Shown here: positions 1 through 8,225 of the stretch, one piece after another | How positions within the stretch are numbered: position 1 is the stretch's first letter | How the letters are laid out: every line of letters begins with the position of its first letter | Source of the DNA: Candidatus Magasanikiibacteriota bacterium | GTDB lineage: Bacteria; Patescibacteriota; Patescibacteriia; Magasanikbacterales; GWA2-37-8 | Direction of reading: 5' to 3' | NCBI GenBank assembly: GCA_041665405.1 | Contig: JBAYIZ010000005.1 | Span: 2,513 to 66,512, forward strand | DNA length: 64,000 nucleotides | Translations under genes and position numbers: made by a program | Notes under the pieces: model-generated | The model's database searches: none | Told to the model about the DNA's origin: nothing | Seen by the model: the letters and a program-made list of their open reading frames with translations, nothing else

Positions 1-3
1 AAT

Positions 4-744
4 CTATTTTACTACCCACGTACTATCTGGAGAATTTGATAAAAAACTTTTTGCCAACACTCTACCATAAGGCGATGTAGCAATTTTAGTTCGGTCATCC
101 AACTTCTTTTCATCATCTTCCAAAAATATTTTATAAAGCGGCTCCAAGATATTACTTCCATTTAATAATCGCCAAATAAGAGTGTTATAAACACGATGAT
201 TATCATGAAGCCAACCCGATACTTCGTCATTGGCAAATTCACCAGTACAATCACAGTGATTTGGATCCTCCACTCCCATCATACATAGGTTGTTGGCAAT
301 TCCATTCATATCTCCAGTTTTTATTTCTTGTTCAAAATCATTGTACCATTTTTGTATTTCTAAGGGAGCTTTTTTGATATCAATTGCTTCTTCACGCGTT
401 TCCAAATCGTTATTAATAATATTCATTTTAAAACAGTTGGCACGACCAGAAAAAATTTTTTTAATATTATCAATTAAACGTTGAGCTTTTTCATTTGAGA
501 TATTTACAAAAGTTACACCACTAGCATCGTCCCATGTCTCAGTAATTGCTTGCATTGCTTCTATACTTATACCTAGCGTCACATGTCCGGACTTATTAAG
601 GTAATCAATTAAATCATCTTGCACACCAGCTTGATCCGGTGAACCAACAAAATGGATTACTAATGTTGCCCCAACTTGTTCTCTTCTCTCTGAGTTGGTT
701 GGTTCAACTAGGTGATCATGACTAATAGGAGATCTATCTGACAT
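4..744 (-). CDS. hypothetical acidic protein
   Basis: Long ORF; likely ATG at 744 (MSDRSP...); no family motif recognised. Confidence 0.6.
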   Translation of the reverse strand: MSDRSPISHDHLVEPTNSERREQVGATLVIHFVGSPDQAGVQDDLIDYLNKSGHVTLGISIEAMQAITETWDDASGVTFVNISNEKAQRLIDNIKKIFSGRANCFKMNIINNDLETREEAIDIKKAPLEIQKWYNDFEQEIKTGDMNGIANNLCMMGVEDPNHCDCTGEFANDEVSGWLHDNHRVYNTLIWRLLNGSNILEPLYKIFLEDDEKKLDDRTKIATSPYGRVLAKSFLSNSPDSTWVVK

Positions 745-800
745 ATAGGAATTTATTATATATAATTTTGAGTACAACTAGATTATAACATAATAGTCAA

Positions 801-857
801 AATAAAAAAGACGCCTTTTGATAAAAGCGTCTTATTCTGTACAGTGAAACTGGGTAG
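801..857 (-). repeat. junction element copy 1 (degenerate): terminator hairpin plus tRNA-3'-like core
   Basis: AAAAAAGACGCCTTTTGATAAAAGCGTCTT identical to hairpin after tRNA-Arg; degenerate flank TGTACAG..GGGTAG. Confidence 0.75.
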
Positions 858-860
858 TTA

Positions 861-1286
861 TTAAGACGACCAATTCTCTCTAATGCACCATCTTTCATCT
901 TTTTGTATAACACTAATCTCAAACCAACCTGGCGGGTCAGAAGAATCAAATCGAAATACGAAAGTAGATGGATTACTACTAAATCGTACAAACTTCATCT
1001 CGAGCATCATCTTAGCTATACTATCTCGCCCGATTTCTCCAAAATCTGTATAAAAACGTTGTTCATCATCGGCGCGCTCAACATCACAGAGCACATCCGA
1101 TGGATATTTGAACGGTTCGATTTTTATTGCGTTCGCATACGATATTAACACGGAGCGCGTTTCGACTTTGTTTCGAATATATTTAATAGGATGTTTCATC
1201 CAGATCCAAATTGTCAACATTAATACACCCACCACTATTAACAGTAATAATATCAACTTTGATTTAAAAATTTTGAGATTATTCAT
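861..1286 (-). CDS. hypothetical membrane-anchored protein
   Basis: N-terminal hydrophobic helix (LILLLLIVVGVLMLTIWIW). Confidence 0.6.
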   Translation of the reverse strand: MNNLKIFKSKLILLLLIVVGVLMLTIWIWMKHPIKYIRNKVETRSVLISYANAIKIEPFKYPSDVLCDVERADDEQRFYTDFGEIGRDSIAKMMLEMKFVRFSSNPSTFVFRFDSSDPPGWFEISVIQKDERWCIRENWSS

Positions 1287-1363
1287 ATTTGTTTCAGACA
1301 GGACTAATGCAAACTAATGTTTTACAATTTTGTATCAATCGGGTTTAATATAATTATTTATTT

Positions 1364-1609
1364 TTATAATTCATTTTTTATGTCCTCCCATTTTACTCCA
1401 CTAATTTTCTCAATTTCTTTTAACAAATAATACAGAACATCTTTTCTTAATTTTGATTGAATTGTAATTGATTTCTGAGTTTTAATCCATGTAGCTTTGT
1501 AATGACTACCGTCACCACCAGCTGTATCAATTATAAAACCGAGCCTTTGAAGAGCTCGGATAAATTTCCTACGCTTTATTTCTCCGGGTAAATCACTAAG
1601 CGAGGGCAT
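1364..1609 (-). CDS. hicA: HicA-family type II toxin (mRNA interferase)
   Basis: Start MPSLSDL at 1609; 'IRALQRLGF...GSHY' HicA signature; overlaps upstream partner. Confidence 0.75.
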   Translation of the reverse strand: MPSLSDLPGEIKRRKFIRALQRLGFIIDTAGGDGSHYKATWIKTQKSITIQSKLRKDVLYYLLKEIEKISGVKWEDIKNEL

Positions 1610-1925
1610 ACTCTTCCTGTCTATCAGAAGTTTTGTAAATTTTGGCCTCTTTAGCGAACGAAGATGGTATATCAAAAGAAGTTAAAATTGCATCTTTAAC
1701 ATTTTCATCTAGTGTTTTCAAATCCTTACCAGAAGTTACTATTGAACCATATCTAAAATTGGTGCTAACTGCAACAATCATTCCGTCTTTCCCTTTTTCA
1801 TTTTTAAAATTAATCGGATCGTATAAACGAAAATATTGGTTTAATTCAAATAAACCCCTTGGTACAAATGATTTACCAAATAAAAATTTTATTAACTGAT
1901 CTTGGGCTTTTTTAGTTATAGACAT
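1596..1925 (-). CDS. HicB-like antitoxin
   Basis: 'IVTSGKDLKTLDENVKDAI' resembles HicB N-terminal domain; overlaps hicA. Confidence 0.55.
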   Translation of the reverse strand: MSITKKAQDQLIKFLFGKSFVPRGLFELNQYFRLYDPINFKNEKGKDGMIVAVSTNFRYGSIVTSGKDLKTLDENVKDAILTSFDIPSSFAKEAKIYKTSDRQEEYALA

Positions 1926-1993
1926 ATATTTATCGACTCACTAATATAACAATTTTTTACTAGTAAGTCAAGTATACCATAAACATAAATAAT

Positions 1994-2169
1994 ACAAAAG
2001 ACCGCCCGTTGCCTAAATACAGAAACCAATTCTGAACTTAGGCAAGTGCGGGCGGTCGAGTGTCTGACCATATTCCCTTCCTTGTCTGACCTGGCGGTCA
2101 TAGGACGTCCTTTCGGACGGAACGACGGTCAACGTCGCTCTACCCCACCGTATTTCGGAGGATGGGGTG
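1994..2169 (-). ncRNA. structured 3' element copy A (putative ncRNA/3' UTR)
   Basis: Near-identical to 7256-7430; several hairpins incl. CGUCC-GAAA-GGACG and terminal long stem plus U tract. Confidence 0.6.
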
Positions 2170-2179
2170 CTTTTGATTA

Positions 2180-2509
2180 TCAGGCCTTCTTCCTTGGAGG
2201 GAAGATGTATGCGGACTCAGGCGAAAGAAGCCACCGATGATAGGACATCCGCATCGCCTCTGGATTTTGTCGAATTGACAGGGTAGTATCGAACCACTGC
2301 TGATAGGCTCGATTCAAGGCGTCCCCGTCTTTGCGCAACGTAGCGAGCGCAACTTGAGCCTCCTTTCGCCACACCGCTTCCTTCCTTTCTTGTGCTCTTC
2401 TAGGTTCATCCTTGGCGTCGTTGATGAACGGCAAAAACGCTACATACGCCAGGATCCAACAAAGCGCCAAGCCGAGAGTGATAGCACCCATTGCCTCGAG
2501 AATCTCCAC
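2180..2509 (-). CDS. GC-rich single-TM hypothetical protein
   Basis: GTG start with GGGAGG SD; one hydrophobic helix; GC-rich codons. Confidence 0.7.
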   Translation of the reverse strand: MEILEAMGAITLGLALCWILAYVAFLPFINDAKDEPRRAQERKEAVWRKEAQVALATLRKDGDALNRAYQQWFDTTLSIRQNPEAMRMSYHRWLLSPESAYIFPPRKKA

Positions 2510-2735
2510 GATTTCCTCCCTACTTCAGTGCAAAAACAAACAACAAGTTCTGCTGAGACAAACGCAAAGCAAAAAAGTTGTTTACAAAGCCAGTTCGTGT
2601 CTGAAGATTTAATTCTGCAAACATAAACTGGCTTTTGTTTTAGAGGGAATTATTAAAGAACTAATTAATTAGATAGTACTATCTATTATAGTGAGAAAAG
2701 ACAATCCAGTTGTGTATCTCTATTAAAATTTCTTA

Positions 2736-3311
2736 TCAAATATTCTTTAAAATAATATTCAATACATTATCCCAATCCATCCGACTGGTATCAATAGAAA
2801 ATATTGGCATTGCTGATTCACTAAATAATTTTTTAAGATATTTCTGTTGTTCTATATAATAATTAACTCTCTCTTCAAGCGTTCCTACTTTCTTGTGTTT
2901 CCAAGTTGCACCTCGTTGTTTATCTGCCAATTCAATTCGGTTTGATATATAATCATCTTGCATTCTTAATAAAATTGTAATTGGGTCAAAACAATTCAGT
3001 ACCTCATTTTCTAGACCAGAAAAAATGTTTAACTTTGAATTAGTTCTAAAAGCATGAGTGATAAATAATCGTTCGACAATAATGTAGCTGGTTGAAATCT
3101 TTTTAATGTTTTCAATAACATTTTTTAGATACTCTACTGCTTTGAGAGGATCTCTGTTTTCAAACAAGGGAACAGTGGTTTCTTCTTCAGAAACAAAAGT
3201 GATCTGATGTTTTTCTTGAAGATGTGATATCAGGTTGGATATGGTGGTTGTTTTGCCAGATGTTGCTATACCTTCAAAAATGATAAGTTTTGGTTTTGAG
3301 ACATCTTTCAT
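2736..3311 (-). CDS. P-loop nucleoside-monophosphate kinase (thymidylate-kinase-like)
   Basis: 'IIFEGIATSGKTT' Walker A; 'IVER' motif. Confidence 0.7.
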   Translation of the reverse strand: MKDVSKPKLIIFEGIATSGKTTTISNLISHLQEKHQITFVSEEETTVPLFENRDPLKAVEYLKNVIENIKKISTSYIIVERLFITHAFRTNSKLNIFSGLENEVLNCFDPITILLRMQDDYISNRIELADKQRGATWKHKKVGTLEERVNYYIEQQKYLKKLFSESAMPIFSIDTSRMDWDNVLNIILKNI

Positions 3312-3811
3312 AATAATAACTTTTGCACCTTTTCTTCAAAACTTTTGTAATGGTAATGCATTGGAAAAGGAATGACGACACCATTATTTAAAACATTAAA
3401 ACCGTCATCACATAAACGTTTTTCTAATAACTGACAAACTGTCTTTTTGGCCAGCATCAGATTGACTTTTTTGTCACCAATAATACCTTTTAAATCATCC
3501 ACAAAATTCGAATAATTTTTTAATATCAGTTCATCAGCCTCTTTGTCTGGTAATTTGTCTACTGGAATATAAATAGGATCAACTAAAAAATATCCGCTAT
3601 TGGCGAAACAAGTAAGACCGTCGTGTTTAGTGTTAAATTTTTTCCCAAACAAACATTTCATTAATGACCGAAACAGTAATTCACTTGGCCTACCATCTGG
3701 GTTGTAAAAATAACCACCACCCGTAGGAAGAGATTCAAAAATAAAGATCGTTTTAAGCGACTTTGGTAGATATTGATTGCGTAATTTTTTATAGGATGAC
3801 TCTGAAGTCAC
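3308..3811 (-). CDS. uracil-DNA-glycosylase-superfamily-like protein
   Basis: 'IFIFESLP..GYFY' and C-terminal 'IPFP' resemble UDG-like motifs. Confidence 0.45.
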   Translation of the reverse strand: MTSESSYKKLRNQYLPKSLKTIFIFESLPTGGGYFYNPDGRPSELLFRSLMKCLFGKKFNTKHDGLTCFANSGYFLVDPIYIPVDKLPDKEADELILKNYSNFVDDLKGIIGDKKVNLMLAKKTVCQLLEKRLCDDGFNVLNNGVVIPFPMHYHYKSFEEKVQKLLL

Positions 3812-3835
3812 AAAATTATTTTTAAATAAATATAA

Positions 3836-4099
3836 TTATTTTACTTCCAATTCTTGCATTCTATCATTTAAAACAGAATCTAAATCTTTTATTCCCAATT
3901 GAGAAGCAAGCACGAACGCTCCATAAAAAACATTAGCAATTCGCAGTTCAATATCTTTGTTATTTTTTGAAGCAACCCAAAGTTTAGTCAGCGACTCTTG
4001 AGATCCCAATATACATTCTTCAATATTAATCGGACTATTCTGACGAATAAAATTATCTTGTTTTTGAATGATTTGCAAGTATGAAGTAAGGGTTGTCAT
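3836..4099 (-). CDS. small helical protein, possibly degenerate MazG-like NTP pyrophosphatase
   Basis: ATG at 4099; 'ELRIANVFYGAFVLASQLGIKDLD' resembles MazG C-terminal helix pattern. Confidence 0.4.
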   Translation of the reverse strand: MTTLTSYLQIIQKQDNFIRQNSPINIEECILGSQESLTKLWVASKNNKDIELRIANVFYGAFVLASQLGIKDLDSVLNDRMQELEVK

Positions 4100-4219
4100 A
4101 AAATAATCGACATGAATATAATAAATCAAAGTAATATTATCAGATAATATATAAAAACAAAAGACCGCTACCAAGTGCTGATTTACAAACACACTAACAT
4201 ATTTAATAAAAAATGCAAC

Positions 4220-4293
4220 AAAAAAGACGCCTCTTTTAAAAGCGTCCTACATTGTGCAGCCGATCGGGTAAGGTAGCAAACTATTTTTGAGAT
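4220..4293 (-). repeat. junction element copy 2
   Basis: Hairpin GACGC..GCGTC plus TGTGCAGCCGATCGGGTAAGGTAGCAAACTATTTTTGAGA. Confidence 0.85.
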
Positions 4294-4297
4294 TATT

Positions 4298-5962
4298 TCA
4301 TCTATTATTCTGAGATATTCTTATGAAATTTTGTTTTAATAATTCATTTTTACTCATGTCTACTAATTCAGATAATGACGGATTTCCTTGATACAGAGTC
4401 CATGCATACAATGGTGTATATCCATTCCTCCTCATCCAACCAGAATGAAACTGGCCTCTAGTACGAGTAGGTAGCGATTGCCACTTAGAAAATGCCTCCT
4501 CTAATTCTTGCAAACTGAATTCAACTGAACGTTTCTGGTGCTCTCTCTGATCCTGTTTATAAAAATTCTTCTTCAAATTTTCGTCTTTACTCAAAACCAC
4601 TATATCCTCAATAGACAAACTCTTTTTCCTAGCCCATTCAACCAATCCTTTATACCCATTATGACTAAGCCAACCACGTGAAAATCCTTTCTTGTGATCT
4701 GACGTCCATTTTTTAAAAGCATTCTCTAATTCAGTTAAGGCGGATTCCATGTTTCGAATTATTCCTGGATGATACTCCTGTTTTATAAAACTATCTTTTA
4801 ATTCTTGATTATTACTGTTAACGACCAATTCTGTTAATTTTGGATTTTCACCCCTTTTTGTCCATGCATATAAATTTTCGTAACCATTTTTCCTTAACCA
4901 GGCAATACTAAAATTACCTCTTTCAATTTCTTGACACGTTTTATAAAGTTCAAATGCCTCTTCCAATTCAATGGTAGCGGAATACAAATCACGATCTTTG
5001 CCTTCATATGTTTTAAAACTATCTTTCAATTGTTGATTTTTGCTTTTCGCCACTAATTCTTCAATTGATAGATTAATTCTTTTGCCTTTTGAATCTTTCC
5101 TATATGTCCAAGACGTTAAAGCTATATGATTGATACTTAACCAACTAATATTAAAATCTCCTCTATTCTTTATGGGCAAAGCCAACCACTCCTGAAAAGC
5201 ATTCTCTAACTCTACCAAAGCAGTTTCAGGCGTTCTATTTTTCATCTCAGATATTTCTTTCGAAGATTCTCCAGTTTCAGTCGATTTGGATATTAATAAT
5301 CTAACAATTTCTTGTTTCCACTCATCCGATGATTTATTAAAAATTACCATTGAAACTTTGTCTGAACCCAAAGATTTCAATTGATTTTTTGTATACTCAC
5401 CATACTTTCTCCAATCCTCTTTTTCAACATCATGGACTACAAATGTAGCATTTCCTTCTTCGTTATTTACTAAAACTAACTTCTTTATTCCAGGAATTAC
5501 AAAAACTTTGTAGCTTAACCTCCTCATCATATTGGGTGAATTCACACCATCGTGTACCTCATATTTCAAATCTAGGTCACTGAGAATTTCAATAAGAAAT
5601 CTTGTTCTCGGTAAAATATCTTTCTCTTCTATACCAACTCCACTTCCAGGAATGATTTCCCCTTCATCAGGAGGTAGAATTGTCTCATTTTCTATCACAA
5701 TCAAATCTGGCATTAACAATGGATTCAATTCTTTTTTTACCCTTAATTCTTTTACAAAATTATTTACATCTAAATGCAGGACTGGAGCTTTATTTCGACC
5801 AACGTCAATAATACTGAGGTAATTTATGGCTCCTAACATTTCAGCTATTGTTCTTAGGCTACTATTTGGATTAGACCTAATGAGGGTAAAAATTCTTTGA
5901 CTAATTTCAAAAGATAAAGCCTCTTGAACTATCTCTGAATTTTGTTCATCGTATTGAGACAT
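4298..5962 (-). CDS. hypothetical protein with four C-terminal ~75-85 aa tandem repeats
   Basis: Repeated 'ELE(N/E)AF...F...W...W...L.E(L/I)V..S....LK..F'; own TAGACA-N17-TATAAT promoter at 5987-6015. Confidence 0.8.
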   Translation of the reverse strand: MSQYDEQNSEIVQEALSFEISQRIFTLIRSNPNSSLRTIAEMLGAINYLSIIDVGRNKAPVLHLDVNNFVKELRVKKELNPLLMPDLIVIENETILPPDEGEIIPGSGVGIEEKDILPRTRFLIEILSDLDLKYEVHDGVNSPNMMRRLSYKVFVIPGIKKLVLVNNEEGNATFVVHDVEKEDWRKYGEYTKNQLKSLGSDKVSMVIFNKSSDEWKQEIVRLLISKSTETGESSKEISEMKNRTPETALVELENAFQEWLALPIKNRGDFNISWLSINHIALTSWTYRKDSKGKRINLSIEELVAKSKNQQLKDSFKTYEGKDRDLYSATIELEEAFELYKTCQEIERGNFSIAWLRKNGYENLYAWTKRGENPKLTELVVNSNNQELKDSFIKQEYHPGIIRNMESALTELENAFKKWTSDHKKGFSRGWLSHNGYKGLVEWARKKSLSIEDIVVLSKDENLKKNFYKQDQREHQKRSVEFSLQELEEAFSKWQSLPTRTRGQFHSGWMRRNGYTPLYAWTLYQGNPSLSELVDMSKNELLKQNFIRISQNNR

Positions 5963-6088
5963 TTTGATGAGGTTAAATATAGAAATATTATATCTGTTTT
6001 ATGTTTAATTGTCTATTTATAAAATAAATTAATGCGCAAAAAAACTACAATTTGAGTGGCAAACTCCATTTCAGCAGTTAATAGAGAT

Positions 6089-6163
6089 AAAAAAGACGCC
6101 TTTTGATAAAAGCGTCTTTACATGTGCAGCCGATCGATTAAGGTGGTAAACTATTTTTGAGAA
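6089..6163 (-). repeat. junction element copy 3
   Basis: Same hairpin plus TGTGCAGCCGATCGATTAAGGTGGTAAACTATTTTTGAGA. Confidence 0.85.
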
Positions 6164-6175
6164 TTTAAGATAATA

Positions 6176-7108
6176 TTATTTAATATCTTTGCGTTCCAAA
6201 ATATCAAACCCGTCTTTTACCGCATCACACAAAAAATTTTCCAACTGGCTATTGTCTTTTTTAGTTTGAGCTTTATATAAAAAAGTATAATATAAACGCT
6301 TCTGTTGTTGGTGGATAATCGCCGGAGCAAAATTTTCTTTCAATAACATAGCTGTCATAAGCAGACGGCCAACACGTCCATTGCCATCGGAAAATGGATG
6401 AACTTGTTCAAACTGTCTGTGAACATCGGCGGATAACGAAATAATATCACTGGTAGATTTTGAGGCTAAGATTATAATCTCTCCAACCAGTTTTGGCACA
6501 CTCATAAAATTAGCAGTCGCCAGATTCACTCCCAAAATTCTCACGCCATGTTGACGATACAAACCGGCATCAGATTGAATACCGTTCATCAAAATACTAT
6601 GCAATTTCAATACAAAGTTTTCATCAATTTTTTCTTTCTTAAGAATATGACTAAACAAATAATTTAAAGCAGTTTGATGATTCTTTGCTTCCATTTGTTC
6701 AGCCAAACTTTTATTTGGCAACGCTACATTATCAAAAATAACAGCCGCAGTGTCTGGTTCAGTCAAGGTACTACCCTCGATGCTATTACTATGGTAGGTC
6801 AGCTTTAAGATAAGCTGGTCGCGAATATCTGGGTTATTCAAAATCTCCGCTACAATATTTTTATGTTCAGAAGATTTTTTGTTTAGAAATTGTTTTTTGG
6901 CAATCAATTGATTGGATGGAATAACTTTCTGGCCAGTCATTTCCAAAAACAATTCATCGATAGCTATCTGCATTTTTGTTCTCGGGATAGACTTTTCATT
7001 CCACCAATTATTGAAAGCCACAAAAGACACGCCGAGTTTATCGGCCAATTTGGTCTGGGAAAGGCCAGACATCTTTTGAATAGTCTCAAGTTTTTGTTTA
7101 ATTGTCAT
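6176..7108 (-). CDS. Fic family protein with N-terminal XRE-type HTH
   Basis: Canonical HPFSDGNGRVGR; SNSIEG inhibitory motif; 'LSQTKLADKLGVS' HTH. Confidence 0.92.
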   Translation of the reverse strand: MTIKQKLETIQKMSGLSQTKLADKLGVSFVAFNNWWNEKSIPRTKMQIAIDELFLEMTGQKVIPSNQLIAKKQFLNKKSSEHKNIVAEILNNPDIRDQLILKLTYHSNSIEGSTLTEPDTAAVIFDNVALPNKSLAEQMEAKNHQTALNYLFSHILKKEKIDENFVLKLHSILMNGIQSDAGLYRQHGVRILGVNLATANFMSVPKLVGEIIILASKSTSDIISLSADVHRQFEQVHPFSDGNGRVGRLLMTAMLLKENFAPAIIHQQQKRLYYTFLYKAQTKKDNSQLENFLCDAVKDGFDILERKDIK

Positions 7109-7117
7109 AATAATGTC

Positions 7118-7168
7118 ATTATATCAAACTTTATAAAGTTTGTCAAATATTGGTATACTTTATAAAGT
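7118..7168 (-). promoter_or_regulatory. sigma70 promoter with two palindromic operators upstream of fic
   Basis: TTGACA(7146-7141)-N17-TATAAT(7123-7118); palindromes CAAACTTTATAAAGTTTG (7125-7142) and ACTTTATAAAGT (7157-7168). Confidence 0.75.
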
Positions 7169-7171
7169 TAT

Positions 7172-7245
7172 AAAAAAGACGCCTTTTGATAAAAGCGTCT
7201 TTATATGTGCAGCCGATCGGGTAAGGTGGCAAACTATTTTAGAGA
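7172..7245 (-). repeat. junction element copy 4
   Basis: Same hairpin plus TGTGCAGCCGATCGGGTAAGGTGGCAAACTATTTTAGAGA. Confidence 0.85.
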
Positions 7246-7255
7246 ATATTTAAAA

Positions 7256-7430
7256 ACAAAAAACCGCCCGTTGCCTAAATACAGAATTCAATTCTGAACT
7301 TAGGCAAGTGCGGGAGGTCGAGTGTCTGACCAATTCCCTTCCTTGTCTGACCTGGCGGTCATATGACATCCTTTCGGACGGAACGACTCTCAGCGTCGCT
7401 CTTCCCCACCGTATTTCGGAGGATGGGGTG
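7256..7430 (-). ncRNA. structured 3' element copy B
   Basis: Near-identical to 1994-2169, directly downstream of ORF 7440-8114. Confidence 0.6.
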
Positions 7431-7439
7431 ATTGGTGGT

Positions 7440-8114
7440 CTAGTCTTCGACCACCTTAAATGGCGACGGCCGGTTACCCATGACAATCGCCGAGAAAGAC
7501 TCAACCGTAACTTGCCCGTTGGGCGAGATCACGGTCAACTTCTCAATGATTCTCAGGGCATCGACCACAGTCAGCCGAAGCCGGCTTCCGTAATCGCCCT
7601 GATAGAGCTCAACCGATGGATGAGCCCGAAACGGTCCGAAGAAATCCGAGCGTGAAAACGAACCGAAGTACGCTTCCACACGCCATTTTCTTTCGAACAG
7701 CACCTGTCCGATCCAGAGCGTGGGGGCGACCGGCCCCCAACCCGAAAGACGCATGATGATGACGGGCTGGTCGCCGGGTTTGGATGTAGCGTATTCGTTT
7801 TGCCTGACACCCACGGAGTACGGAAAGATCTGGCGCACCAGTTTCCCTTCCGCGTCCAGCTCAAACTGAGCTTTGTACCCGCGCACGTTACGCCGCCACC
7901 ACTCCCTCAGCCACCGCGTCCAACCGCCTTCATAGAAGATGCCGACCGACCAGATGGCGAAGATCCACCAAGCCGCCGCCATGGCGATGCCACTCTCCAC
8001 CTTGTAGATCAGTTCAGCGCTAATCCCGATGAGGACAGCGATGAAGACGCACAGGCAGAAAGTGCCGCAGCGCACCGGGGTCTTCGGATCCTGAACCTTA
8101 CTTTCCTTTGACAT
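7440..8114 (-). CDS. GC-rich hypothetical membrane protein (2 N-terminal TM helices)
   Basis: ATG with GAGGAG SD; TAGACA-N17-TATAAT promoter upstream; GC-rich codons. Confidence 0.75.
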   Translation of the reverse strand: MSKESKVQDPKTPVRCGTFCLCVFIAVLIGISAELIYKVESGIAMAAAWWIFAIWSVGIFYEGGWTRWLREWWRRNVRGYKAQFELDAEGKLVRQIFPYSVGVRQNEYATSKPGDQPVIIMRLSGWGPVAPTLWIGQVLFERKWRVEAYFGSFSRSDFFGPFRAHPSVELYQGDYGSRLRLTVVDALRIIEKLTVISPNGQVTVESFSAIVMGNRPSPFKVVED

Positions 8115-8189
8115 GGGTTCTCTCCTCGTCAGATGATTTGACGGGTTAAAAATTATTATACATTCTAAAAAATCATTTGTCTATCAAAA

Positions 8190-8223
8190 TAAAAAAGACG
8201 CCTTTTGATAAAAGCGTCTTTAT
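8190..8223 (-). terminator. intrinsic terminator after tRNA-Arg (junction element copy 5)
   Basis: AAAGACGCTTTTATCAAAAGGCGTCTTTTTT on minus strand just 3' of tRNA. Confidence 0.85.
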
Positions 8224-8225
8224 TG

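Noticed and set aside
1916-2101. ORFs 1916-2101 and 7250-7504 as a paralogous protein family
   Set aside because: Their similarity comes from reading through the shared 175-nt element; starts differ and an indel lies within the element.
1994-2169. 175-nt element as a hammerhead ribozyme or tRNA-like gene
   Set aside because: No CUGAnGA core paired with GAAA and no T-loop or cloverleaf found by eye.
7308-8111. Overlapping ORFs in the GC-rich segment (7308-7655, 7571-7864, 7800-8111)
   Set aside because: Shadow ORFs expected in GC-rich DNA; only 7440-8114 has SD, promoter and TM pattern.
801-8223. Five-copy repeat as a CRISPR array
   Set aside because: Spacing is 1-3.4 kb with whole genes between copies; no cas genes in the window.
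801-8223. Junctions as classical integron attC or Xer/dif sites
   Set aside because: No RYYYAAC/GTTRRRY boxes, no dif consensus and no intI seen.
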